Source: Bdellovibrionota bacterium (lineage in GTDB: Bacteria; Bdellovibrionota_G; JALEGL01; DATDPG01). From it: a DNA stretch of 64,000 nucleotides. Shown here piece after piece: positions 9,444 to 18,598 of this stretch; position 1 is the first letter of the stretch; each line of letters opens with the position of its first letter. The translations under genes and the position numbers were made by a program. Below the pieces are notes generated by a model that saw only the letters and a program-made list of their open reading frames with translations, searched no databases and was not told the origin of the DNA. Location of the stretch: positions 857 to 64,856 of the forward strand of contig DATDPG010000187.1 in the NCBI GenBank assembly GCA_035292885.1, written 5' to 3'.

Positions 9444-11926
9444 CAGAACTCCACGCCGAGACCAGGCTGGACGATCCAGCCGCTGACGTCGAGACCTTTG
9501 CTGAATTGGTGCCGGTACGAGCCAAGCACTTCCAAGAAGAAATGCTCAATTCCCATCAGGTCCTGAAGATCGTTTCCGGAGACGAAACGTTCGAGCATCA
9601 GGCGAACGCCGCCCGTGACCGTTATAGCCTGCTTCGCGCCGTTTTCAGACGCCTGCGGTTCGTGGATGTCGAAATAGATCAGGTCGTAGCCGGCGCGCAC
9701 GAACGGAACCGCCAACGGCCGCGCGCCGATTTCCACGTTGTATTGTGCGGAAAACTCCATCGGCACGAGTGTCAGGCGCGACTCTTCGCCGCTCTGCCGC
9801 CCGCTGCTGACACCCACCAGAGCGGCGTCTTCGGAAAAGAATCCCCCCTCGAATCCGAAATCGAACGAACCGGCCCGGACGCCAAACCGGAGCGTGTAGA
9901 TTTCGTTCCCGCCGTTTCCGAAAAAGGAATTCACCAGATCATCTTGCGGCAGCCACCAACCGACGCGGAATTCGGTCGATGCTCGAACCGGTGGCACGCT
10001 TTCAGCGGAAGTCAGCGTCTCGGCCGAAACGGACCGCGTCGACGCCGCCGAACAAACGACCAGGAACATTATGGCGGCCGCCTCGCGGCGACGCGCCGGA
10101 ACCGACAGGAGAAAAATCACGGAAAACAAAATCGGCGGAACCGCAGACGCCGCGCATCCGCCGGTTTCTCCGGACAGCTCTAAAATTCCGATCGTCTGTT
10201 CAGCGGTTTCGGACAGCGTCTCCGTGGGGGCGCTTTCGTTCCCGGATTGATCGACGACCGTCACGCGGACGAAAAGAGTCGTACCGTTGTCGATCGGCTG
10301 CAATGTGAGGGCTGAATCCGCGGTTTGTTCGACCCTCTGGGGTGAGGAGAGCGAGCCGAAGCCTCCTTCTGCGCCGTCGGTCGTGCCGAAATAGACGTTG
10401 TAATGGCTGATGTCCGCCTCCTCCACCTTGTCCCACGCGGCGAAGATTTTCTGATTTCCGAAGGATAAACGAAACCCGGTCGGGGCGGGAGGCGGCGTGT
10501 CTTTCACGACGTCGACCGCCGTCCTGCCGATCAACGTCCCGCTGTCCAAAAAGAGAGCCAACGTGTTGGAACCTTCTTCGAAGTTTTCGGATGGAATGGA
10601 GACTTCCGCTTCGATGTCCGCATCGAGGGAGGCGGAAGTCAAAAGCGAGCCGTTGGTTTTCGACACCCTTTCGTCGGTCGTCCCCGTATACCGGACGACG
10701 GATAGGGTTCCGGTGACATTCGACCGGACAAAGAGGGAAAAATTCCCCGTTCCTATGGAGCCGCTGGGCGCCGAAGTGACGGTCAAAAACGGCTGGTCGG
10801 TGACGACAGACACCGAAGCTCCGGCGTTGTTGAGGGCGTACAGGTATCCTTCGTCCGTCGAGGACGCTGCGAGTCCTCCCGGCGGAACATCGGGAACCGA
10901 ATCAATCGTGGCGATCGGTTCGACCTTCGCCGCTCCACCGATATCCGCTGTATCCACGACCGAAAGCGTTCCCGCCGTGCGGTTCGCGGCGAACAGATAC
11001 GCGGCGCCGGCCGAAGTATCTGCTAGAGAGCGGTTCACCTGCAATACGAGGGAACCGCTCGGCCCGTCGCCGACGACAATGGGATCGAGCGCGGTGGTCG
11101 AAGAATCCGCGTCGCTGATAAAGAGGTTGTTGTCGGTCTGAACCATGTTCACCATGAAAATTTCGCCGGGCGAAACGTTGTTCGAAAGAAAAGCGTAAGT
11201 CCCGCCCGAAGCAGCGCCCACATGAACGCCGCCAAAGGCTTGGGTCGTCGTCTGCGCTCCCAAATCGAGCTCCGCTCCCGCCTGAGAGAGTGCACTTGCC
11301 AGGAATGTCTTGAATTTTCCGTCGGAGCTGATGGCGGCCACCCTTCGGAAATCGGGGGAGAGGGATAGCGAGACGGGATCAAAACCGACGTCGATCCGAT
11401 CTTGAGAACCGTTCTTCACCAGCTCGTCCGACGTGCGACTGAAATAATAAAGCGCACTCTGAGACCGGCTGGAAAGAACCAAGATGTCGGCGCCGCTGGA
11501 ACCCGCCACCTCAAGGTTATCGAATGTCACCCCCGAAGTGCCGATCGAAATCGTCGTGGGGCTCGCGGGCGTCGACGGATCTTTGAGGTCGAACGAGAGG
11601 ACGGAGTCCGCGGCATCGATGACGACATACAAAATTGTGCCGTCTTGGCTGAATGCAAGGTCCCTGGGGGTTCCGGAAAACTGAACGGTCGACTTTTCCG
11701 AGAAAGATAACGTGTCGACGACAACGAGCGAACCTCTGGATGAATCCAAAACGTAGATGTAACGGTCGGTCGGCCCGACCCGTGCCGCGAGTGGCTGAAT
11801 CGACAGGGGAATGACTCCGGCGACCTTGTCCGGATAGGCCACGGCGTTTGCGCCAAGAAGGTAACATCCCGCAATAATAGGGAGAGTTCGGGTTCTGAAA
11901 AGCCGCATGGGATCGCGACGCATCAT
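9443..11926 (-). CDS. large secreted beta-propeller/FN3-like protein with a MYXO-CTERM-like tail, fused in frame to a C-terminal beta-barrel module
   Basis: N-terminal signal peptide, repeated propeller-like segments and an FN3-like block. Then 'GETGGCAASAVPPILFSVIFLLSVPARRRE' (Gly-Gly-Cys, transmembrane stretch, Arg-rich). This is followed, without a stop, by 'MFLVVCSAASTRSVSA' (signal-peptide-like) and a 208-aa beta-barrel-like domain ending in terminal Phe. Confidence 0.55.
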   Translation of the reverse strand: MMRRDPMRLFRTRTLPIIAGCYLLGANAVAYPDKVAGVIPLSIQPLAARVGPTDRYIYVLDSSRGSLVVVDTLSFSEKSTVQFSGTPRDLAFSQDGTILYVVIDAADSVLSFDLKDPSTPASPTTISIGTSGVTFDNLEVAGSSGADILVLSSRSQSALYYFSRTSDELVKNGSQDRIDVGFDPVSLSLSPDFRRVAAISSDGKFKTFLASALSQAGAELDLGAQTTTQAFGGVHVGAASGGTYAFLSNNVSPGEIFMVNMVQTDNNLFISDADSSTTALDPIVVGDGPSGSLVLQVNRSLADTSAGAAYLFAANRTAGTLSVVDTADIGGAAKVEPIATIDSVPDVPPGGLAASSTDEGYLYALNNAGASVSVVTDQPFLTVTSAPSGSIGTGNFSLFVRSNVTGTLSVVRYTGTTDERVSKTNGSLLTSASLDADIEAEVSIPSENFEEGSNTLALFLDSGTLIGRTAVDVVKDTPPPAPTGFRLSFGNQKIFAAWDKVEEADISHYNVYFGTTDGAEGGFGSLSSPQRVEQTADSALTLQPIDNGTTLFVRVTVVDQSGNESAPTETLSETAEQTIGILELSGETGGCAASAVPPILFSVIFLLSVPARRREAAAIMFLVVCSAASTRSVSAETLTSAESVPPVRASTEFRVGWWLPQDDLVNSFFGNGGNEIYTLRFGVRAGSFDFGFEGGFFSEDAALVGVSSGRQSGEESRLTLVPMEFSAQYNVEIGARPLAVPFVRAGYDLIYFDIHEPQASENGAKQAITVTGGVRLMLERFVSGNDLQDLMGIEHFFLEVLGSYRHQFSKGLDVSGWIVQPGLGVEF

Positions 11927-11953
11927 AGCACAACTATTTGATATACTTAGGTT

Positions 11954-12466
11954 ATGACAAAGACCCGCCGATACACGTTGCCGATCATCCTTCTTTCTCT
12001 TTTTCTCGTCAGCTGCTCCGGCACACCGATCGCCACATTACGAGCCGCCGTCAGTTTTGCAGGGGACACCACCGGTGAGAATTCCGCCTCCGCCAATATC
12101 AATTTCACCAGTTTCACACAGCCGCCCGGTCCGAACGGAAACGATACGAATCTCCGAATGCTGTTTACGAATCCGGAGGGGGACACGATGCAGATTGTCC
12201 TGGCCCCCGTGGGCGGAACTTTTCCCACCAACACAAAATATGACCTGGACGGCGCGACCAACACGTTCGAGGCGTCGTTCACGGTGACCAGCGGGTCCGG
12301 CGCCCGCACCTATACGGTCTCAACGACGAACGGCTTTTTGAATCTTTACTCGGTGAATATCGTCGACGGTTATTTAAAAGGGATCAGCGCCGATTTTCGA
12401 ATGAACTTCGACAGCGGCGGCGAGAGTGCGGGAACCGGTGACGGCACGATTAGTTACAGCAATTAA
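11954..12466 (+). CDS. hypothetical lipoprotein
   Basis: 'LLSLFLVSCSG' lipobox. Small Thr/Gly-rich secreted protein. Confidence 0.6.
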   Translation: MTKTRRYTLPIILLSLFLVSCSGTPIATLRAAVSFAGDTTGENSASANINFTSFTQPPGPNGNDTNLRMLFTNPEGDTMQIVLAPVGGTFPTNTKYDLDGATNTFEASFTVTSGSGARTYTVSTTNGFLNLYSVNIVDGYLKGISADFRMNFDSGGESAGTGDGTISYSN

Positions 12467-13501
12467 TTAAATCAATTCTTTCGCGACAAAATGCTCGGCG
12501 ATCTGAATCGCGTTGAGCGCGGCGCCCTTGCGGAGGTTGTCCGCAACCACCCATAAATTCAGGCAGTTTTTGCGCGACGAATCGGCGCGAATTCGGCCGA
12601 CACAGACGGTGTCCTGGCCGACGGCATCGGCCAAAACCGGGTACCGGCGGGAGTTCCTGTCGTCGATCAAGCGAATGCTTTTCGCTTTGGACAAAACCGC
12701 GCGGGCCTCTTCGGGCGTGACGCTCTTTTTCGTCTCGACGTTGATGGAAACGGCATGGCCGTGGAACGTCGGCACGCGTACGGCCGTAACCGAGACGCCG
12801 ATCGAGCTGTCCCCCAAAATCTTCTTCGTCTCCTCGCAGATCTTGATCTCTTCCCCCGTCTCCCCGCTCTCCGCAAAATCCCCGATGTGCGGGATCAGAT
12901 TGAATGCGATCCGTTCCGGAAAAACCTCATTCTTCGTTTCACGATAATTAAAAAGATCCGTGACCTGCCGCGAAAGCTCTTCCATGGCCCTTCGTCCGGC
13001 CCCCGACGTGGATTGAAACGTGGAGACGACGATCCGACGGATGAGCGCGTGCTCGTGAAGAGGACCCAGAGCGACCGCCATTTGAATCGCCGCGCAATTC
13101 GGCACCGAAACGATGCGTCGTTCGGGGACTTGGTCCAACGTGTGAGCGTTCACCTCGGGCACCGCCAAAGGAACGTCGGCATCCATTCGAAAGGCGCTCG
13201 TGTTGTCGATGACGAGAGCGCCCGCGCGGGCGGCCACCGGAACGAATTCCCGGCTCACGGCCGCTCCGGCCGTGAAAAACACGAAATCGCTTCCGGCGAA
13301 CAGTTCTGGAGCCAGGCGGCGCACCGCAATTTCTTCGCCGTTGAATTCGACCGTCTGGTTTTGGGAGCGCTCGGATGCGGCCAGGCGCAATGCTTTTAAA
13401 GGAAATTTTCGTGAGGAGAGAAGCGAAACCATCTCTCGCCCCACCACACCCGTGGCGCCGACGACCGAAAAAACGAAGCTCTTGGCCGCGCTTCTAGCCA
13501 T
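12467..13501 (-). CDS. asd: aspartate-semialdehyde dehydrogenase
   Basis: 'VGATGVVGREM' NAD(P)-binding motif and the active-site Cys in 'SVPNCAAIQM'. Full-length Asd. Confidence 0.9.
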   Translation of the reverse strand: MARSAAKSFVFSVVGATGVVGREMVSLLSSRKFPLKALRLAASERSQNQTVEFNGEEIAVRRLAPELFAGSDFVFFTAGAAVSREFVPVAARAGALVIDNTSAFRMDADVPLAVPEVNAHTLDQVPERRIVSVPNCAAIQMAVALGPLHEHALIRRIVVSTFQSTSGAGRRAMEELSRQVTDLFNYRETKNEVFPERIAFNLIPHIGDFAESGETGEEIKICEETKKILGDSSIGVSVTAVRVPTFHGHAVSINVETKKSVTPEEARAVLSKAKSIRLIDDRNSRRYPVLADAVGQDTVCVGRIRADSSRKNCLNLWVVADNLRKGAALNAIQIAEHFVAKELI

Positions 13502-13606
13502 GGTGGATCGCTCGAACGATATGGGTTGTGCGAACCGCCGTCAATGCCGCGGCCGGCGCTTAGGGTTCGCGCAAAAATAAGTTCCCACTTTGTGGGCGCC
13601 GAGCCC

Positions 13607-14521
13607 TTATAATCTCGATAACATGCGAAGGATGACTTCCCCCACGAACGAAAGACTCGCGGGCGAGAGCTTGTCGACCGTGTCTTGAGCCGTGTGCCAG
13701 TATTTTCCGGGTGAGGTGGTATCCCCGTACGTATAGTCCATCAAGTGAAGCGTCGGAATACCTGCGGAGATGAGCGGAATATGATCGTCGATCATCCCCG
13801 AAGGCGTGACGTCCAGAAGTTCGCTGTGGCCCAGATCCTCCACCACCTGCTTTAATTGTGCCCGCAAATTCGTATCGGAATTGAATTCATTCAGGAGACG
13901 CAGATCCGCGTCCCCAACCATGTCCACGACGAAGGCCGCCCGGATGTCCTTTCTTCCCTGCAAGGAACTTCCCAGCCGCCGGCTTCCGTACAAACTGTCG
14001 GCGTCGGTCCATTGAGCGATCGCCTCCTCCCCGTCCACGAAGTCGATTTCGACGTCAAACGGGAGTTTCCGTTTTTGAATCTCGGGTGTCAGCGCCACGA
14101 GAAGCGCAACCGAGGATGCGGCGTCGTTCGCACCGACAAAATCAAATCCGACAAATCGTTTGCTGTCGTAGTGGGCGACCAAAAGAACCTTTCGAATCCG
14201 CTGTTGACCGGGAATGACGTACGACAAGTTCACCATTTCGATCCTTCCGATCGGCGTGGGAGCCTGGAATCGATCGGATTGAAGCGCGAATCCCTGCTCG
14301 CTCACTTTGCGCGACAACCAATCGCGAACCTTTTGAATTCCCGCCGAGCCTGGAGGACGCGGCCCGATGCCCGTAATCACCTTCGTATATTCGATGGCAT
14401 TTTCGCCGATGGCCGATACGGCGACTGTTTCTTCCCCCGCGCAGCGCGAAGCGGTGCAGATCAGTGCGATGGCCAGAAGCGTGAATCCCCTGCGCGCTCG
14501 GGAGCGAAAAAGCGGTCTCAC
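13607..14521 (-). CDS. M28-family metallopeptidase (aminopeptidase/glutaminyl-cyclase-like), secreted
   Basis: Signal peptide. 'LLVAHYDSK', 'NDAASSVALLV' and 'DGEE' supply the M28 zinc-ligand motifs. Confidence 0.8.
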   Translation of the reverse strand: MRPLFRSRARRGFTLLAIALICTASRCAGEETVAVSAIGENAIEYTKVITGIGPRPPGSAGIQKVRDWLSRKVSEQGFALQSDRFQAPTPIGRIEMVNLSYVIPGQQRIRKVLLVAHYDSKRFVGFDFVGANDAASSVALLVALTPEIQKRKLPFDVEIDFVDGEEAIAQWTDADSLYGSRRLGSSLQGRKDIRAAFVVDMVGDADLRLLNEFNSDTNLRAQLKQVVEDLGHSELLDVTPSGMIDDHIPLISAGIPTLHLMDYTYGDTTSPGKYWHTAQDTVDKLSPASLSFVGEVILRMLSRL

Positions 14522-15411
14522 GACCGCCGGAGCGGACGGACGTTTTCTCCCGTCGCTTCATCCTCGGATTTGGTGCCAGGAGGCGTCGGTAACGGTCCCG
14601 AAGCGAGGGAATCCAAGCGATCCAGCGCTTTTCGGACGCGGTGGCGGCGCTTGGCGCGCTCGAACGCCCGCACAGGCCGCGGCAATACGTATTGTTCGAT
14701 CGGCCCGGACAAGAGATACGCGCAGCCCAAAAAGAAGAGCATCCACCAAGGCTTCGTCACCCAGATCATGAGACCCATCACCACAAGCACCAGGCTATAG
14801 AACGGGCGGCGATCCGTAAGGTGCAGTGTCTTAAAGCTTCGGTAAGGAATCGAGCTGACCATGAGGCCGGCCAGCGAAAACGTCATCACCAGGAGATAAA
14901 CGTACACGTCGTCTTCAAAGAAAAGCGTGGTGTCGCCTTTCAGTTTGCCTTCCCAAATCAAAATGGCCGCCGAGACCATCATGGCCGCCATCGGAATGGG
15001 CAAACCCTGAAAGAATTTTTTCTCCACGCTGCCGGATTGCACGTTGAACCGGGCCAAACGCAGGGCTCCGCACGCGAGGTAAAGAAATGACCCGAGCCAG
15101 CCGATGCGCCCCATGGAACCGAGCGCCCAAATGTGAAGAACCACGGCCGGGGCGACGCCGAAGGAGACAAGATCGGAGAGGGAATCATATTCGGTCCCGA
15201 ACCGTGAAGCGGTTCGCGTCCGCCTCGCAACGCGGCCGTCCAGGCCGTCGAACATGGCCGCCAAGAGAATCGCCCACGCGCACTCCGAAAAATCCTGCCT
15301 CCCCGCAAGCCCGAGGTTGATCGCGTTGATCACGGCGTAGAAACCGCACATCAGACTTGCCGTCGTAAAAAGATTGGGGAGCATGTAAACGCCCTGGCTT
15401 AGATCACTCAT
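14518..15411 (-). CDS. pssA: CDP-diacylglycerol--serine O-phosphatidyltransferase
   Basis: 'MSDLSQGVYMLPNLFTTASLMCGFYAV' and the CDP-alcohol phosphatidyltransferase motif 'DGLDGRVAR...G...D'. The six-frame ORF extends to 15651, but that region is Arg-rich and non-coding-like. Confidence 0.85.
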   Translation of the reverse strand: MSDLSQGVYMLPNLFTTASLMCGFYAVINAINLGLAGRQDFSECAWAILLAAMFDGLDGRVARRTRTASRFGTEYDSLSDLVSFGVAPAVVLHIWALGSMGRIGWLGSFLYLACGALRLARFNVQSGSVEKKFFQGLPIPMAAMMVSAAILIWEGKLKGDTTLFFEDDVYVYLLVMTFSLAGLMVSSIPYRSFKTLHLTDRRPFYSLVLVVMGLMIWVTKPWWMLFFLGCAYLLSGPIEQYVLPRPVRAFERAKRRHRVRKALDRLDSLASGPLPTPPGTKSEDEATGENVRPLRRS

Positions 15412-16091
15412 CGAAACCTCCCAATGACGCCGCTGCCGCCATGAACTTTGTCCCCCACGCGCACCAGGACGTCCGCGCCGTCCGGAAGATAAATGTCGCA
15501 TCGGGAGCCGAAACGAATCAGGCCGAATCGTTCCCCTCGATTCACCGACTCTCCCGGGGCCAGTCGGCAGACAATTCGGCGCGCGATGAGGCCCGCGATT
15601 TGAACGAACATCACGGGCAAACCTCGGTCGGTGTCGATGAGGATCGCGCACTGTTCGTTGTCCAAGGACGCCTTTTCGGCAAACGCGGCGAGATATTTGC
15701 CCGGGTTGTATTGCACGCTTCGCACCCTTCCGGAACAGGGGCTCCGATTCACATGAACGTTGAACACCGACATAAAAACGGAAACCCGCGTCGCCTCACC
15801 GGCCAGTAGCCTCGGATACGATGTCCGCCGGACGTCGATCACTTTCCCGTCCGCGGGCGAAACGACGAGATTGGGATCGGACGGAACCGTCCGTTCGGGA
15901 TCGCGGAAGAACCAGATCGTCCAGAGCGTCAGAAGACCCAACGGCAATCCCGCCCATTTTCCAAGAATTAAAACGCCGAGAATCGTCAGCAGAACGCCGA
16001 CGCCGACAAACGGCAGGCCGTCGACACAAATTCCCGCGATTCTTTTGACACGTACATACCCGGAAGCCGGAAGGTCTCCTTCCGGCCGCAT
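15408..16091 (-). CDS. psd: phosphatidylserine decarboxylase (short form)
   Basis: Proenzyme cleavage motif in 'IRFGSRCDIY'. N-terminal membrane anchor. Overlaps pssA by 4 nt, so the two form an operon. Confidence 0.85.
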   Translation of the reverse strand: MRPEGDLPASGYVRVKRIAGICVDGLPFVGVGVLLTILGVLILGKWAGLPLGLLTLWTIWFFRDPERTVPSDPNLVVSPADGKVIDVRRTSYPRLLAGEATRVSVFMSVFNVHVNRSPCSGRVRSVQYNPGKYLAAFAEKASLDNEQCAILIDTDRGLPVMFVQIAGLIARRIVCRLAPGESVNRGERFGLIRFGSRCDIYLPDGADVLVRVGDKVHGGSGVIGRFR

Positions 16092-16117
16092 TTTTACGGC
16101 GGGGGCGATCAGAAAAT

Positions 16118-16363
16118 TTACCTTACGGCGTGATGGCGAAGAATCTCCGCCATTCGATCCTTCCGATGCAGTTTCATGACTTGGAGCCGTTTGCGCTCCA
16201 CCTGTTCCTCGGGCGTCAAGTACGGACGCCGGTCCATTTCCTCGAGTTGCTCGTCCAGGGAGCGGTGGTCTTTGAAGAGTTTCCGGAATTCATCATTCTT
16301 CTCAAGAAGTTCACTGACCACTGGATCCCGATCGTGATCGGAACGCACTAATTCTGCGCTCAT
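16118..16363 (-). CDS. DUF465 (YdcH-like) small protein
   Basis: 'ELLEKNDEFRKLFKDHRSLDEQLEEMD...LKLHRKDRMAEIL' matches the DUF465 pattern. Confidence 0.6.
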   Translation of the reverse strand: MSAELVRSDHDRDPVVSELLEKNDEFRKLFKDHRSLDEQLEEMDRRPYLTPEEQVERKRLQVMKLHRKDRMAEILRHHAVR

Positions 16364-16573
16364 GCGTCACCTCCTCTGAATGGGTTGATTTTGAAGGGCT
16401 CGGATCTCGAAAAGTATAGCACGTCGCTGTCGATCCCTACCGGCATTGTGGTGCGTTTGAACACCCTCTGTCAAACAAAGAAACCTCTGGACAGGAGTGC
16501 CTCACCGGCCGCTTTTCGCCCCAAAAAAGGGATACTTATTCTTTTAATTTCAAACATTTAGCTTTCAGTTTGG

Positions 16574-16589
16574 TGGTACGTGGCTTGCT
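16574..16589 (+). promoter_or_regulatory. putative sigma-54 (-24/-12) promoter
   Basis: 'TGGTACGtggcTTGCT' against the consensus TGGCACG-N4-TTGCW, with GG and GC correctly spaced. It lies about 38 nt upstream of the zinc-ribbon/M23 gene. Confidence 0.35.
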
Positions 16590-16626
16590 GTAACTCCCTG
16601 TTGGAAAAGCTTTTTGGAGCCAAGTC

Positions 16627-17724
16627 ATGAACGTTCAATGCGAAAGCTGCCGGCAGAGCTTTGAAACACCGGTAACGGAAGTCGGGCGCATCGAATACGC
16701 CCGATGCAAGAACGTCTTTCGCGTGAGGTACCGGTTTCGGACGCCCTGTCCCCACTGCAAACAGATCATTCAGCTGACTCCCCACGGCTCTCATTCCGCT
16801 TTGGGAATCCCTTGCAGCATCGCCACGGACGAACCGACCGAGGCGTTCAACGCTCCGCCGCCGGCCATTTCACCGGATGACCCGACGCTGCCGCGAACCT
16901 TGATGCCCGAACTCCCGAATTCACCTCCCCCCAAGGTGAACATCAAGACTCCGGAGGAGCCCCCGAAAAATCTTCGTTTTCGGCTCATCGAAAGTTTTAA
17001 GGGTCGACCGGCGCCGGTGCACGTCGCTCTTCGGCCGAGAAAACGGCCGCCTTTTCCGTTTCTTAAAATCCTTCTCCTCGTCATTATTTCGGTCAGCACG
17101 ATTTTGACGATCGGCTTGACGATTCTCGCGTTCCAATCGGGGAAGGACAAAGCGGAGGTGATTCCCGCGACACCCGGGCCGGAAATTCCGCCTCCTCGCG
17201 AAAACATTCGGCCATCTAACCCGCTCCCCCAGGGCGGACCCGAAAACGACAGCGACGTCGTGGATGACTCTCCTCCCCCGAAGCCGGTCAAACCGACGAT
17301 CAAATCGATTCCCGGCAAAAAGACGGCCGCACTTTACATCCCGAAAATCGAGAAAGTGACGTCGAGCTACGGCCTTCGACGCGATCCGTTCAACGAGGAC
17401 CTGAAATTTCACGGCGGAATCGACATCGCCGCCGACGATCGTTCGGAAGTGAAAGCCGCTCTTGATGGAAGGGTCACGTATGTCGGCCCTAAGGGCGGGT
17501 ATGGAAACGTCGTGATTCTCGACCACAAGGACGGCTACGAGACGCTTTACGGCCACCTCGCCAAGTCGTTGGTCAAAGAGGGGGCCAAAATAAAACAGGG
17601 AGATCTTTTGGGTTTAGTCGGGACGACGGGGAGGACGACAGGGCCCCATTTACATTTCGAGCTTCGTAAGGACGGCAGAAAAGTCGATCCTCTTCGCGCG
17701 AAGCTGATGGCCCGGAAGTCCTGA
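16627..17724 (+). CDS. zinc-ribbon / proline-rich / transmembrane M23-family peptidase
   Basis: N-terminal C..C...C..C ribbon, Pro-rich linker and a transmembrane helix. C-terminal 'HGGIDIAA...GYGNVVILDH...GTTGRTTGPHLHFEL' gives the M23 His/Asp ligands. Confidence 0.8.
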   Translation: MNVQCESCRQSFETPVTEVGRIEYARCKNVFRVRYRFRTPCPHCKQIIQLTPHGSHSALGIPCSIATDEPTEAFNAPPPAISPDDPTLPRTLMPELPNSPPPKVNIKTPEEPPKNLRFRLIESFKGRPAPVHVALRPRKRPPFPFLKILLLVIISVSTILTIGLTILAFQSGKDKAEVIPATPGPEIPPPRENIRPSNPLPQGGPENDSDVVDDSPPPKPVKPTIKSIPGKKTAALYIPKIEKVTSSYGLRRDPFNEDLKFHGGIDIAADDRSEVKAALDGRVTYVGPKGGYGNVVILDHKDGYETLYGHLAKSLVKEGAKIKQGDLLGLVGTTGRTTGPHLHFELRKDGRKVDPLRAKLMARKS

Positions 17725-18529
17725 CCAGACAACCGCCGATTTCAGTGTGGTCTTTGAGATATTCCTTCGCACGCCGAGCTCCCATCACGAATAGCGCCGT
17801 GGAGGCCGCATCCCCACGAGCACCGTCCATCGACAGCACCGTAACGGAAAGAAGGTCGTTTCGGACCGATTTTCCCGTTTCCGGGTTGAGAATATGCCCC
17901 GGCCGCTCGCTTTGGTTCGATGTGGAAATGTAACCTTCCAGCAGCTGTATGGGCGGAAGTTGAGCCTCGCTGGGCGGAGGGAGCGCTACGTTGAATTTCC
18001 ATCGTTCACCGCTCCGCCTCCCGCCGAAAACGCCCGCATTTCCCCCCAAATCGACCAAGGCGGCTCTCGCCCCCGACTTTCGTAGAGGAATCAGGGCTTT
18101 TTCCAGCGCCCCTCCCTTGGCGATTCCGCCCAAGTCGATCCGGATTCCGCGTCGGCGGAACCGAAAACAGTTTTCGCCGGATTCAACGGATTCGTGCCCG
18201 CGATGAATCCCTTTCGGTGAAGAGCCCGCCGTCGGGTCGAAAGCACCTTCGGTTTCCTTCGCGATCTTCAACGCCAAACCGATCATCTCCCGCGTCTCGG
18301 CCGACACCGAAACACACCGGTTAAAACCCTCGCGATTAAGGACGGAGATCTCGCTGTCCGTCTTGTACAAGCTCATCAGACGATCCCAACGATCCACCAC
18401 CGCATGCGCCTCTTGAACCGCCCGAAGCGCCTCGACCTCGGAGAGCCCGACGACTTCGACGCGCAAAAAAGTTCCCATCGTCGGCCAGACCCGCACCAGG
18501 GAGGGCGGCTCGGCTCGAAGGCAACCCAT
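17573..18529 (-). CDS. apbE: FAD:protein FMN transferase (ApbE family)
   Basis: 'MGTFLRVEV', 'DLGGIAKG' and 'DAASTALFVMG' are ApbE hallmarks. The start is uncertain (MGCL at 18529 or MGTF at 18478). The 3' tail overlaps the convergent M23 gene and looks like non-coding composition. Confidence 0.7.
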   Translation of the reverse strand: MGCLRAEPPSLVRVWPTMGTFLRVEVVGLSEVEALRAVQEAHAVVDRWDRLMSLYKTDSEISVLNREGFNRCVSVSAETREMIGLALKIAKETEGAFDPTAGSSPKGIHRGHESVESGENCFRFRRRGIRIDLGGIAKGGALEKALIPLRKSGARAALVDLGGNAGVFGGRRSGERWKFNVALPPPSEAQLPPIQLLEGYISTSNQSERPGHILNPETGKSVRNDLLSVTVLSMDGARGDAASTALFVMGARRAKEYLKDHTEIGGCLVRTSGPSASREEDRLFCRPYEARNVNGALSSSPSSRLNPKDLPVLFWPPL

Positions 18530-18598
18530 TAAGGGGACACACGACGTAACCCAAATTCGTATCCACCAATTCGGGTCCAGTCGCTTGTCCCCGTAATT
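18529..18598. repeat. REP-like inverted-repeat pair (BIME-like)
   Basis: 'ttaaggggacacacgacgtaacccaaattc' + 9-nt spacer + 'aattcgggtccagtcgcttgtccccgtaatt'. Both are related to the inverted repeats that flank the RayT remnant at 40697-41236. Confidence 0.55.

Noticed and set aside
8954-10183. 409-aa plus-strand ORF
   Set aside because: It is antisense to truA and to the large secreted protein. Its composition is Arg/Pro/Ser-rich, typical of out-of-frame translation in high-GC DNA. No start context.
15412-15651. 80-codon N-terminal extension of pssA in the six-frame track
   Set aside because: Arg/Gly/Pro-rich. The true start MSDLSQG matches the PssA N-terminus and abuts the psd stop.
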